DNA from: a virus
Taxonomy: Duplodnaviria > Caudoviricetes
Strand: one strand, 5' to 3'
DNA: 54,513 nucleotides
Virus record (IMG/VR): IMGVR_UViG_3300025652_000089
Location: 1 to 54,513 of that record
Shown here: positions 9,929-20,142 of the stretch, piece after piece
How positions within the stretch are numbered: the stretch's first letter is position 1
Layout: the number at the start of each line of letters is the position of its first letter
Notes under the pieces: generated by a model
What the model saw: only the letters and a program-made list of their open reading frames with translations
What the model was told of the DNA's origin: nothing
The model's database searches: none
Program-made: the position numbers and the translations under genes

Positions 9929-11134
9929 ATGTCAACACCAAACGGGGGTTTAATTACCGAAACAAATGAAGAATATTACGTTGGTCAAAAGGTTTACACA
10001 CTTGGTGCTGCGTCAACTCAAAGTGAGTTTGTAACAACATTTGACACCGAGCTTACTGACGGTGTTGTGGGGGAGTATGACAGAAACTACTACCTACAGA
10101 CAAGTAACGATAACGGGGTAACCTGGGTTACCGTTGCATCGGAGGTTAAAACAAACACAAGCACGACTATAGTAAGTGGTACAAACGCTGTACCAGTAGT
10201 TTTAGGTCCAAGCATACTTGTAAGGGTAGCCTTATTCGTGACCGCATTAGAGTCGAATTACGGGGGTTACTCGTACATCAAGCTTGGCGATATCATAAAC
10301 AACTTCTTAATCGCTTACGTTGGGGCTGGTAAGCTTATACCAAGCGTCAAGAGGACCGATGTTATCTTTCACGCAAAGAGAGGTTTACAGGAGTTTAGCT
10401 ACGACACACTAAAGAGTGTAAGTTCAATAGAACTAACTGTGCCAGCAAGCCTTAGTATACCACTACCACAGGACTACGTCAACTACGTCAGACTCTCTTG
10501 GATAGACTCTATAGGTGTAAAGCACATTATATATCCAGCTAACAATCTAACAATCAACCCAGTACAAAGCCCAGAGCAGGACTCTACGGGTGGGATTGTG
10601 CAGGATGGTTTTGGTACCAATATACAGCTTGAGGCTCAGACGGATGAAAGGTGGAATACAAACAACCCAAACCAAATAACAGGTATATTTAACCAAGACC
10701 AAGTGAACCAAGGATACGATTGGTGGGGATACGGTCAGGGTTACGCTTGGGGATACGGTGGCTACTTTGGGCAGAGATACGGATTAGACCCAGCATTGAC
10801 ACAGAACAACGGGTGGTTTACTGTAAACGAAAGAACTGGCTCGTTTAGCTTTTCAAGTGACCTAGCTAATAAATTGGTTGTTGTGGAGTATGTGTCTGAC
10901 GGATTGGCTTACCATGAGGACTCTAGGGTTCCTAAGATGGCAGAGGACGCAATGTACTCACACCTTGTTTATAGTATACTATCGACACGGATAAACCAGC
11001 CAGAATACGTTGTAAGACGTTGGAAACAAGATAGATACGCCAAATTAAGAAATGCTAAGATTAGACTTTCTAACCTCAAGATAGAGGAACTTACCCAAGT
11101 AATGAGGGGTAAATCCAAGATGATTAAAAACTAG
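9929..11134 (+). CDS. virion structural (tail ring-like) protein
   Basis: 401 aa in tail operon, LPQDYVNYVRL motif typical of tail ring/adaptor proteins. Confidence 0.55.
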   Translation: MSTPNGGLITETNEEYYVGQKVYTLGAASTQSEFVTTFDTELTDGVVGEYDRNYYLQTSNDNGVTWVTVASEVKTNTSTTIVSGTNAVPVVLGPSILVRVALFVTALESNYGGYSYIKLGDIINNFLIAYVGAGKLIPSVKRTDVIFHAKRGLQEFSYDTLKSVSSIELTVPASLSIPLPQDYVNYVRLSWIDSIGVKHIIYPANNLTINPVQSPEQDSTGGIVQDGFGTNIQLEAQTDERWNTNNPNQITGIFNQDQVNQGYDWWGYGQGYAWGYGGYFGQRYGLDPALTQNNGWFTVNERTGSFSFSSDLANKLVVVEYVSDGLAYHEDSRVPKMAEDAMYSHLVYSILSTRINQPEYVVRRWKQDRYAKLRNAKIRLSNLKIEELTQVMRGKSKMIKN

Positions 11135-11140
11135 AATTAA

Positions 11141-14100
11141 ATGGCAGAAACTAAAAATGTTTTTCTTGGGGCTAAGATGAACAAAGACCTTGACCCAAGG
11201 CTTGTCTCAAATAGAGAATACATAGAGGCTAGAAACGCTTCGGTTACAGACTCTGCTGGTGGTGACTCAGGGGTGTTGGAGAATGTTCTTGGTAACATAG
11301 AGCTGACAAATTTTGGTTTATCAGACACCAATCTAAAGATTATAGGTTTCTATGTGGACACTACTAACGACAGGTTGTTTGCGTTTCTAACTAACTACAC
11401 GGACTCATCTGCCACGAGTCTAACAAACCCTGCACCAGCTGCATCGGGTCACTACATAGCTGTATATAACACAATATCAAACGATTACACAGTCTTGGTG
11501 GGTGGCAGCTTCCTAAACTTTTCAGACACGCACGAAGTTCTAGGTATCGACCTTATAGAGAACCTGCTGTTCTTTACTGACAACAGAAACCAGCCAAGAA
11601 AGATTAACGTAAACCTAGCGTTAGCAAACCCATACGGCTCCGCAAACCCATACTACACATCTGAGGACCATATATCTGTGGCTAAGTACTACCCTTGTTT
11701 GTCCCCAGACATAACCACACTAAATGGTGACGGTACTTTGTTTGATGGTTCTGTATTACAGATTCAAACAAATGTAACAATTTCAACAGCAACTCCCACC
11801 TCACCATTTTTTACAGTTGGAACTGCTGGTGTAACTACAAGTGGAAGCGGATTAAATGGGCTTGAATTTAATTTATCAATGCTTTCTACTGGAGCAGTTA
11901 ATCGATATACGTTGTCATCTGCAACAATATCTTCTGCCTCAACTTTTACTGGATACTCACCAGGCGATACAATAACAGTACCCGAAGCCTCACTACCAGC
12001 AACTGCCTCTGGAGACCTTGTACTTTTAGTAAGCAGGGCAAACATGGCTAGGACACCCTCTATGTGGGATGTTACAAGCCCATTACTACCCGATGGGACT
12101 ACATCAAACCCATACTACGATGCTACGTTTACTGGTGACAAGCAGTTCCTGTCAGACAAGTTTGTAAGGTTTAGCTACAGGTTTAAGTTTGAGGACAACG
12201 AATACTCCTTAATAGCACCATTCTCTCAGGCTGCATTTATACCAAAGCAGGACGGATATTTTTTAGAGGACTCAATACCTACAAGTGTGTTGGACAATGA
12301 CGCTAACAGCGATGAGTTAAATACCCTCAAAAGCACTGTGGTTGATTTCTTTGAGAACAAGGTAAACAAGGTTGATATAAGCATACCAATGCCTGATGGT
12401 GTGACTCTGGGTAACGCCACAACCAACCTTTATGACAAGTACAAGGTGACAGAGATTGATGTATTGTTTAAGGAGTCTGACGGAACAACTATAAGGGTAA
12501 TAGACACAATAACATTTGATGAGTTAGAGACAGCCACTGGCATCGACTATGTATACTCATACGACTCTTCAAAACCAATAAAGGCTTTACCATCAAAGGA
12601 GACAATAAGGGTCAGTGACAGGGTACCATTAAGGGCTAAGGCTCAGGCAGTTGCAGGAAACAGGGTTATGTATGGTAACCTAACACTAAGGAGCGCATCA
12701 CTAGATTCCTTAAACTACACTGTGACAGCAGCTGGTAAGGTTTCATACGGAACAGACAGCTCTACATCACAAAGGGAGTACCCAAACCATACACTAAAGC
12801 AGAACAGAACATACCAGGTGGGGGTTGTTTTATCTGACAAGTATGGAAGACAATCAGATGTTATACTATCCCCTAACTCAACAGTGTTTCACCCCTACAA
12901 GAGTTCGGTAATGGACTTAGACTACCTTGGTGACTCACTACAGGTTCAGTTCAACGCACCAATACCAAATAACTCTTCAAACTTAGGGTATGTGGGGTTG
13001 TATGACGAAACAACAAATCCCTTGGGTTGGTATAGCTACAAGTTTGTGGTTAAGCAGCAGGAGCAGAGTTATTATAACGTATACCTACCAACCATACTAA
13101 ATGGATATCCACAAGATGTTGATACTGGAACAGAACTTTCCGAAGGACCAGGCGCACTAACCGACAGTATAACCACTAATCAAACAGATTTTAATGCAGG
13201 AACCTATACAGGAACAGTCGGGGTAACGTCTGGTTATTCTACTAGCGGCAGTGGCACAGGGCTTATAATAAAGGTAATAGTTTCTGCTACCTCTGGTTCT
13301 GCACAAACCGTAACGGTGGTAAATGGTGGTACTGGGTTTGCTGATGGTGATACAATAACGGTTACTGGGGCTGGTGGTGTTTTGGGTGGTACTACGGGTA
13401 ATTTAATTATAACCCTTCAGGCATCTGATTTAAACACATACAAAACATCCACAGACCAGGCACATATAACTCTCTTCTCTGACAACATAAATAAGGTTCC
13501 TAGAGACCTGCAAGAGGTAGGTCCTCAAGACGTTCAGTTTTCCAGCTCTGTTAGATTATTCGGAAGGGTTTGGAATCAAAGTTTTTTAACCCCCTCAGGA
13601 AGAACTAACCTTCAATACTTTCCTAGTAATATCGGTGACGAGGTGATACTTATAGGTGACAGGGATGAGATAGGTTTAAATAAAACCGAAAGAGGTGACG
13701 AGTACTATAGCTCACCGTTCTATAGTATACCAACCGAAGGAATTGGGGATATTGCGGGTGATGGTGCAGACCTAAAGGGAGCAAACCCATATATAGGAAG
13801 GGTTTCAACGATGTCTACGATAGGTACTTTTGGTGGTGGTGATTTAACTACAGACCCACCATACGAAAGAGTTACAAACTTAATGGTAAGGCTTAATGTA
13901 TACGAAACAGCCCCAACCGTGTCTAACCTAGATATATTTTGGGAGTCTAGCACATCAGGTCTTATATCTGACCTAAACACAAGCGTGGAACAAAACTTCT
14001 CTGTATTACCAGTTAAGCTAACTAACTTTGTATGGAGTTTATCAGAGGATGATGCGCCATTAACGGAAATTGCTAGGTTTGACTTAGCATCGGCTGGTGG

Positions 14101-14821
14101 TTCTTTAATAAATAACTCAAGCACTACAGCTGAACTTATAGAGGTCAGGGACGGAAACGGTGGCATAGTCACAAACAAGTTTACACTAAACAAGGATGGT
14201 GGAACTGACGAGTTTTATATCACCACATCTACTGGAACGTACTTTACATACACACAGTTTAGCCCAATAAAGGACAACTACACCTTTACTATTAAGGCTG
14301 ATAATCCATTTTCTGGGGGAGGAGCTTCTTTAATATCAACGGGGTACGGAAACTATCTTGCAAACGTAGTGCCTGGCACAGGAACTGTAACTGGCTCTAA
14401 CCCACTACCAGAGATAAGACCCCCATCAACGTGGTCTACCTTTGCAGTATTAGATGGTGATAATGGTTCGGCAGACACATCTAATGAAAAAACTGGACTG
14501 GTATGGGAGGTAACAAAGGTTGAGTTTCAGTGGACTGGTAATGGTGGTACTTGGACACAATACAATACACCAGTATCAGACATGTTCAGAGTAGTTAAGG
14601 GTAGTGGTTCGACTCAGTCCATTCCAGAAACACTACAGTACAACAACCAGCTTATATGTCTGGATGTGAACGCTACAAACACTACAGCTCTTTACACATA
14701 CCAAAACAGGACATCGACATCTGTGAGGGTTACACTAAAATTAACGGATGCAAGCGGAACAGGATTAAGTGACACAATAACTTACGATATGCCACCTATC
14801 GTGATAAATAGAACAGACTAA
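11141..14821 (+). CDS. tail stabilisation/nozzle protein (P22 gp10-like), N-terminal part
   Basis: 1226 aa; N-terminal KMNKDLDPRL...EYIEARN, LFFTDNRNQPRKIN beta-propeller-type segments. Confidence 0.65.
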   Translation: MAETKNVFLGAKMNKDLDPRLVSNREYIEARNASVTDSAGGDSGVLENVLGNIELTNFGLSDTNLKIIGFYVDTTNDRLFAFLTNYTDSSATSLTNPAPAASGHYIAVYNTISNDYTVLVGGSFLNFSDTHEVLGIDLIENLLFFTDNRNQPRKINVNLALANPYGSANPYYTSEDHISVAKYYPCLSPDITTLNGDGTLFDGSVLQIQTNVTISTATPTSPFFTVGTAGVTTSGSGLNGLEFNLSMLSTGAVNRYTLSSATISSASTFTGYSPGDTITVPEASLPATASGDLVLLVSRANMARTPSMWDVTSPLLPDGTTSNPYYDATFTGDKQFLSDKFVRFSYRFKFEDNEYSLIAPFSQAAFIPKQDGYFLEDSIPTSVLDNDANSDELNTLKSTVVDFFENKVNKVDISIPMPDGVTLGNATTNLYDKYKVTEIDVLFKESDGTTIRVIDTITFDELETATGIDYVYSYDSSKPIKALPSKETIRVSDRVPLRAKAQAVAGNRVMYGNLTLRSASLDSLNYTVTAAGKVSYGTDSSTSQREYPNHTLKQNRTYQVGVVLSDKYGRQSDVILSPNSTVFHPYKSSVMDLDYLGDSLQVQFNAPIPNNSSNLGYVGLYDETTNPLGWYSYKFVVKQQEQSYYNVYLPTILNGYPQDVDTGTELSEGPGALTDSITTNQTDFNAGTYTGTVGVTSGYSTSGSGTGLIIKVIVSATSGSAQTVTVVNGGTGFADGDTITVTGAGGVLGGTTGNLIITLQASDLNTYKTSTDQAHITLFSDNINKVPRDLQEVGPQDVQFSSSVRLFGRVWNQSFLTPSGRTNLQYFPSNIGDEVILIGDRDEIGLNKTERGDEYYSSPFYSIPTEGIGDIAGDGADLKGANPYIGRVSTMSTIGTFGGGDLTTDPPYERVTNLMVRLNVYETAPTVSNLDIFWESSTSGLISDLNTSVEQNFSVLPVKLTNFVWSLSEDDAPLTEIARFDLASAGGSLINNSSTTAELIEVRDGNGGIVTNKFTLNKDGGTDEFYITTSTGTYFTYTQFSPIKDNYTFTIKADNPFSGGGASLISTGYGNYLANVVPGTGTVTGSNPLPEIRPPSTWSTFAVLDGDNGSADTSNEKTGLVWEVTKVEFQWTGNGGTWTQYNTPVSDMFRVVKGSGSTQSIPETLQYNNQLICLDVNATNTTALYTYQNRTSTSVRVTLKLTDASGTGLSDTITYDMPPIVINRTD

Positions 14822-14822
14822 T

Positions 14823-16541
14823 ATGAGTGCATTAATAGAGGTAAAGTATTTTAATTCGTTTATTCTAAAGAAGGTTCTTGATGACGTAGACTTTATTGCT
14901 ATGTGGCCTGGACTTCCTTGGAGTCCTTATAGTGCGGTTTTTTCTCCACCTATTACACCAGCCACAATAACATGGCCTGCAAATAATAAAGCAACCTCAA
15001 CAGCATCGCTTCAAACAGCATCAACAGGTACAGGTTACATGTGGTATTTAGAGGAGTCTAGGATTAGGGGTGGATACAACAACACAGAGGCTGGGTACGG
15101 TGTAAGAGCTTACATAACAGAAGAAAATGACGATGAGATAGTGTCATCAAACTCTCTGACATACTCTGGTATATACAACGCACTTACAGACTTCAACGAG
15201 ACAAACGTATTCTCAATTGGTGAGAACATTACAAAGAGTGTGGACCCAACATATGGAAGTATACAGAGGATATACACCAACGATGGTAACCTGATGGTGT
15301 TCCAAGAGGACAAGGTAAGTAGGGCATTGATAGACAAGTCTGCAATATACTCAGCGCAGGGTGATGCAACTGTAACCTCTAGCGACCTGGTTATAGGTCA
15401 GGTGACACCGTATGCTGGTGAGTACGGTATAAGTAAGAACCCAGAGTCATTCGCAAAGAAGGGTTACAGAATATACTTCACTGACCAGTCAAGGGGTGCT
15501 GTAATGAGGTTATCTAGGGATGGAATCACTGAAATTAGTGAATATGGAATGAGGGACCACTTTAGGGACACATTTTCACCAATAACGAGTAATTATAAGT
15601 TAAGTGACCTACTTAGTTTTTCGGTATCTAATCCTACAGGAACAGTACAGTTAACTGGTGATGTAAGCCTTATAGAGCTTGGTATGAGTATATACGGAAA
15701 CTATAATGGTGTCACTGGTGCTTATGTTACAGACATATCCTTAACTGGAGCAACTACAGCAAACATAACCTTCAGTCAGTCTATACCTATTGGAACTGGT
15801 ACACTAAACCTGTACAAGCTACTTAAGGACAAGGTTGTGGGTGGGTTTAATAACTACGCAGATGCGTATGTTGTATCCATACAGCCCTCTGTAAACGACT
15901 TATCCGCTGGTGACGGAACATACGACACGGTATCATTTAACGATGCCAACAACGGATGGACTAGCTTCTGGGACTACAAACCCAACCTAGCTGACACGCT
16001 AAACGCAAACTACTACACATGCAAGGGTGGTAGTATATGGAGACACTACGATGCTAGTATGGCCAAGAACAGGGGTCAGTTCTACGGGGTACAGGCAGAC
16101 ACCAGCGTAACCTTTGTGTTTAACCCTCAGGTGAGTGTATCCAAGAACTTTAACACCGTATCATACGAGGGTACAAACGGTTGGGAGGTTGAAAGCTTTA
16201 AGTCAGACACTCAGGGCATTGACCTTAATAATTATTCTGGTCCACCTAGTTTAAATGACTACCAAGACATAACTACAAACGTCTATAGCTATGATGAGGG
16301 TTCATACACAGACGGTGGGGTTACATACCGAGCAGGGTTTGACAGGAAGGAAGGAAAGTATGTTTCCAACCTTGTTAACAATAGTACCGCAAGAATTGAC
16401 GAGGTTATATTCGGGGTTGACATGTCAGGAATAAAGGGGTACTACGCAACAGTAAAAGTAAAGACAGACGCAACAACAGACGTTGGTGGTTTAAAACAAA
16501 TATTTGCGGTGTCCACTAACAATGTTTTTTCATCACAATAA
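14823..16541 (+). CDS. tail stabilisation protein, second part
   Basis: 572 aa; YGISKNPESFA...YFTD..RGAVMRLS, GWTSF beta-propeller-type motifs. Confidence 0.6.
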   Translation: MSALIEVKYFNSFILKKVLDDVDFIAMWPGLPWSPYSAVFSPPITPATITWPANNKATSTASLQTASTGTGYMWYLEESRIRGGYNNTEAGYGVRAYITEENDDEIVSSNSLTYSGIYNALTDFNETNVFSIGENITKSVDPTYGSIQRIYTNDGNLMVFQEDKVSRALIDKSAIYSAQGDATVTSSDLVIGQVTPYAGEYGISKNPESFAKKGYRIYFTDQSRGAVMRLSRDGITEISEYGMRDHFRDTFSPITSNYKLSDLLSFSVSNPTGTVQLTGDVSLIELGMSIYGNYNGVTGAYVTDISLTGATTANITFSQSIPIGTGTLNLYKLLKDKVVGGFNNYADAYVVSIQPSVNDLSAGDGTYDTVSFNDANNGWTSFWDYKPNLADTLNANYYTCKGGSIWRHYDASMAKNRGQFYGVQADTSVTFVFNPQVSVSKNFNTVSYEGTNGWEVESFKSDTQGIDLNNYSGPPSLNDYQDITTNVYSYDEGSYTDGGVTYRAGFDRKEGKYVSNLVNNSTARIDEVIFGVDMSGIKGYYATVKVKTDATTDVGGLKQIFAVSTNNVFSSQ

Positions 16542-16552
16542 AATAAGAAGTA

Positions 16553-17248
16553 ATGCCTATAAATCAATTTTCAAGTAGTATTTTTCCAGTTATCGGTGAC
16601 GCACTAAATATTGGAATGTCTTTGTACAGAACAAAGAAAACTCAAGATAAATATGTTCAAGAGGAGCAAGAGGCTGCTAACGAGGTAAAGGCGTTAAAGG
16701 AAAACAGACAGGCAATCATTGACCCGTCCACAGCCCTTGAGGACCTGAGTGGCACATTCTCTAACCCATACGCAAACTTAGGTGTTGCAACAAAGGCGGC
16801 TGAGATGCAGATGGAGCAGACGGACGCTGCACTGGCAAACACACTAGACACACTAAGGGCCACAGGCTCAGGTGCTGGTGGTGCTACCGCACTTGCACAG
16901 GCCGCACTACAGAGTAAGAAGGGTGTTACCGCTAGTATAGAACAACAAGAGGCAACAAATCAACAGCTGAGGGCGCAGGGGCAGGCACAACTACAGACAC
17001 AAATAGCGGCAGAAAAGACAAGGATACAGCAGGGTAAAGTGGCTGGTATTGAGTATGTTTACAACGCTGAGGAGGAGAGAAGAAACGCAGACCTAGACTA
17101 CGAGGCAAACAAGGAGGCAAGAGCAGACCAAAAAGAGTTTGGTATGGAGCAACAGCTTTTAGATATGAAAAACAACGCTGGTCTTATAGGTAACCTTACT
17201 GCGTTTGGTTTAGATAAGACAGGAATAGGTAATATGTTTGGGGGTTAA
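16553..17248 (+). CDS. internal virion/ejection protein (putative)
   Basis: 231 aa, A/Q-rich helical with GSGAGGATALAQAA segment; position after tail genes. Confidence 0.5.
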   Translation: MPINQFSSSIFPVIGDALNIGMSLYRTKKTQDKYVQEEQEAANEVKALKENRQAIIDPSTALEDLSGTFSNPYANLGVATKAAEMQMEQTDAALANTLDTLRATGSGAGGATALAQAALQSKKGVTASIEQQEATNQQLRAQGQAQLQTQIAAEKTRIQQGKVAGIEYVYNAEEERRNADLDYEANKEARADQKEFGMEQQLLDMKNNAGLIGNLTAFGLDKTGIGNMFGG

Positions 17249-17264
17249 TTAAAAAAATATAAAG

Positions 17265-20132
17265 ATGGGTTATAGGAGTCAACCAACATCGGTTTCAGGT
17301 TTTAGAGATATTTCAGTGAAGGGTCCTTCATTGCAGGACAAAGCTGCGCTTGAATCTGTAAAGCGTGAAGCTGAACGAAAGAGATTAGCGGACATAAACA
17401 AGAAGCGTGAGGAAGCTAATTGGAGAATCGAGCAGGAGGAGTCATTGTATTCCGCTGATTTACAGGCTGGTATAAGAACTGCTGCCAACAAAACTAATGT
17501 TGACTACACATCACTCAATGACTCTATGAGTAACATGGTCAGTCAGTTATCTGCCGCAAGGATTAGGTTGAAGCAGTCTAGTGGACCATACGAGGAGATG
17601 GACCCAGAGGGTAATGTTGTGTTCAACACACAAACAGATAAGGCTTATATAAAGAGTGCCACAGACTTTATAAAGAACTCTGAGGCTAACTTTGGTTCTG
17701 TTGCATTCATACAGGAGGAGTTTAAGAAAATGCCTAGTGGTAACGGAGAGGGTGAGACAAGTAGAAAGTTTACCAGCCCATACCTAGGTTTATTAAACGC
17801 TGCGTCCAACCCAGCATCTGGTCAGGATGTTTCGGTGTCTTACGACATGGAGTACGACAACAAGTCTGGACACAGGATGGGTATCGTAATGAAGGGTGAG
17901 GCTGTAAGAAGGCTGAATGCAGAGATGGGTAACGAGGGTGATACATACACCATAAAGCCAGAGGAGGTCACAAACCTTATGATGGGTAACAACGACCCAG
18001 AGAACTTTGGATTGTTTTATCAGAACCCAAGCACGGTGTCGGAGCTTGAGAAGAAAGCACTTGCCAGTGGTGTAATAGGTAAAGATGGAGCTATTAACCC
18101 TGATTACATGATAAAGGTAAACGATGCAAAAAAAATAGTAAATGAGTTGACTGGCACGGAGCAAATGGCAACCGTGAGTCAGGTAAACTATCCCGTAATA
18201 AAACAAAACATGGCAGGGGCTATCAAGTCTAAGCTTATGACCACCCTGGATAAGGGAATGGTGTCAACAAGTGTACTTATAAACACATACGCAAAGCAAG
18301 ACGAGGACGGTAACTACTACTACGATACACCGAGAAAAGATGGAAATGGGAACATTATATACAAGGCAAACGGTAAGGTAGACTTTGGTAGCGTCAATGA
18401 GGATGGTGACACAAGAAATAGAGTATACCTTGGGGATGGTGAGATGGAGTTTGATATGAGTAGTGATAATGAATCTTTTGGTGGTCTTTCAGAGGATGAC
18501 TATGAAGCTGTCTATGGTCTTATAGAGAATGAGTTTATGAAGAGGTCTGGTGTTTATGACCCACAGGTGGTCAAGCCTTATGGTGATAAGATGACGGTGG
18601 AGAGAAAAACCGCAAGAAATAAAAAACCTAGCACAGGGAAGCAAACCGAAGGTTCTTTAAAAAGGGGACGAATTACAGGAACAATAAATGACTTTATAAG
18701 AAATGTTGAACTAGCCAAAAAAGAGAATGCGTTTAATCCAGAAACTCTTGATAAAACAAGGCTTGATAATGTTGCTGAATTAATTTCAGGTGTGTATGGT
18801 GGTGGTGAAGCTTCGTATGACGCAGAAAATAAACTGTTTATTGTAAAAAAGCCTGCTGTGTATGACGAGGACGGGATAGTGATTACAAAAGGAGAGACAA
18901 TATCTCTTGAATACGACCCATCAGCCCCTAACGCTTCGAATAGGTTAAGACAAAAACTTGAGTCAAGTTTAGGTACCACATCTAGGGGAGATGAAGAAAG
19001 AGTTACCATAGGAAAATCTTCACCTCAAGAGGTTAAGACAGAGAGAGAGAAAGAAGAAAGGAACAAAAGAAATAGATTTAAAAGTGCTTTTCCTAATTTA
19101 AGGGTTGGTGATGAGCCAGACGATGATATGGAGGACGAAGGAGAATTGGCTTCTATATTAGAAAAGAAATATCCTACTCTAGAAATAGAAGAACCTTGGG
19201 ACACCTCTGCTGAATCAATTAAAATAGGTGATGTATTAGTGTCAGATGCTTTGGGTAACTACAATCCAGAAGCTATTATGGACATTGTTTATGAACAGCT
19301 AAATAAGACTGAAACTAAGGATACTGAAGAAACAGTTGAGGCAACAGGAGCAATGGAGCAATTTAACCCACCACCACCTAAAAAAAAAGTAGAAACGGGA
19401 AATAATCAAACTGTTGTTCAAGAACCTGCTATTCAAGAACCTGTTGTTCAAGAACCTGTTGTTCAAGAAAAAGAACCTATTGCTCAAGTTGTTAAAAACA
19501 CTACAACAAATCCACCTAATACAAAATCAAATAAGGGGGAAGAAGAGCAGGAGTCTTTTCTTTTAAATGAGGAGGTAACAGGTGGTGGTAGAAAAGGTAA
19601 TGAGGTTGTACCTCTACCGCAATATGAAAACTCCAAAGCAGCTTATAATTATTTAAACAGTAAGACACAAGTAAAAATGGGTTCAGGTGGCGATGGAAGA
19701 GCAGCTGAATATGGAGACAGGAATAAAAAAATGGGTTTAAAAGTAGACATTGGTAATGATGTTTGGAGTGGATTATCTGATGCTCAACAACTTATGATTA
19801 GGGAGCAGCACTTTAATCTACCCTGGAATCCAAAAGTAGTAATGTTGATGACCGCTGGGTATATAGATAAAGCTGATAGAGGAGCCTATCATACAGGTAG
19901 AAACGGTAAAGATATAAATAAGGTCTGGGATAATGTTGATAAACAAGAACTGATTGGCAAATTAAAAGGTAAGGACCAAGAGCTGTTTAACGAATGGAGT
20001 GAGATTTATTCAAACTCAGAACCAAATGAAATAGGTTTTCAAAAACAATATAAAAGAAGGGTTGAAAATATAGCTAAAAGGTATAATTTAGATTTATCTC
20101 AAGATATGCTAGACACTTTTAAAACAAAATAA
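17265..20132 (+). CDS. large internal virion/ejection protein, possible C-terminal muralytic domain
   Basis: 955 aa; second of three ejection-type genes; low-complexity linker precedes a ~190 aa globular C-terminal domain. Confidence 0.5.
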   Translation: MGYRSQPTSVSGFRDISVKGPSLQDKAALESVKREAERKRLADINKKREEANWRIEQEESLYSADLQAGIRTAANKTNVDYTSLNDSMSNMVSQLSAARIRLKQSSGPYEEMDPEGNVVFNTQTDKAYIKSATDFIKNSEANFGSVAFIQEEFKKMPSGNGEGETSRKFTSPYLGLLNAASNPASGQDVSVSYDMEYDNKSGHRMGIVMKGEAVRRLNAEMGNEGDTYTIKPEEVTNLMMGNNDPENFGLFYQNPSTVSELEKKALASGVIGKDGAINPDYMIKVNDAKKIVNELTGTEQMATVSQVNYPVIKQNMAGAIKSKLMTTLDKGMVSTSVLINTYAKQDEDGNYYYDTPRKDGNGNIIYKANGKVDFGSVNEDGDTRNRVYLGDGEMEFDMSSDNESFGGLSEDDYEAVYGLIENEFMKRSGVYDPQVVKPYGDKMTVERKTARNKKPSTGKQTEGSLKRGRITGTINDFIRNVELAKKENAFNPETLDKTRLDNVAELISGVYGGGEASYDAENKLFIVKKPAVYDEDGIVITKGETISLEYDPSAPNASNRLRQKLESSLGTTSRGDEERVTIGKSSPQEVKTEREKEERNKRNRFKSAFPNLRVGDEPDDDMEDEGELASILEKKYPTLEIEEPWDTSAESIKIGDVLVSDALGNYNPEAIMDIVYEQLNKTETKDTEETVEATGAMEQFNPPPPKKKVETGNNQTVVQEPAIQEPVVQEPVVQEKEPIAQVVKNTTTNPPNTKSNKGEEEQESFLLNEEVTGGGRKGNEVVPLPQYENSKAAYNYLNSKTQVKMGSGGDGRAAEYGDRNKKMGLKVDIGNDVWSGLSDAQQLMIREQHFNLPWNPKVVMLMTAGYIDKADRGAYHTGRNGKDINKVWDNVDKQELIGKLKGKDQELFNEWSEIYSNSEPNEIGFQKQYKRRVENIAKRYNLDLSQDMLDTFKTK
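19411..19468 (+). repeat. 15-bp tandem repeat x4 (VVQEP linker)
   Basis: ctgttgttcaagaac units with one variant. Confidence 0.85.
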
Positions 20133-20142
20133 GAATAATCAT

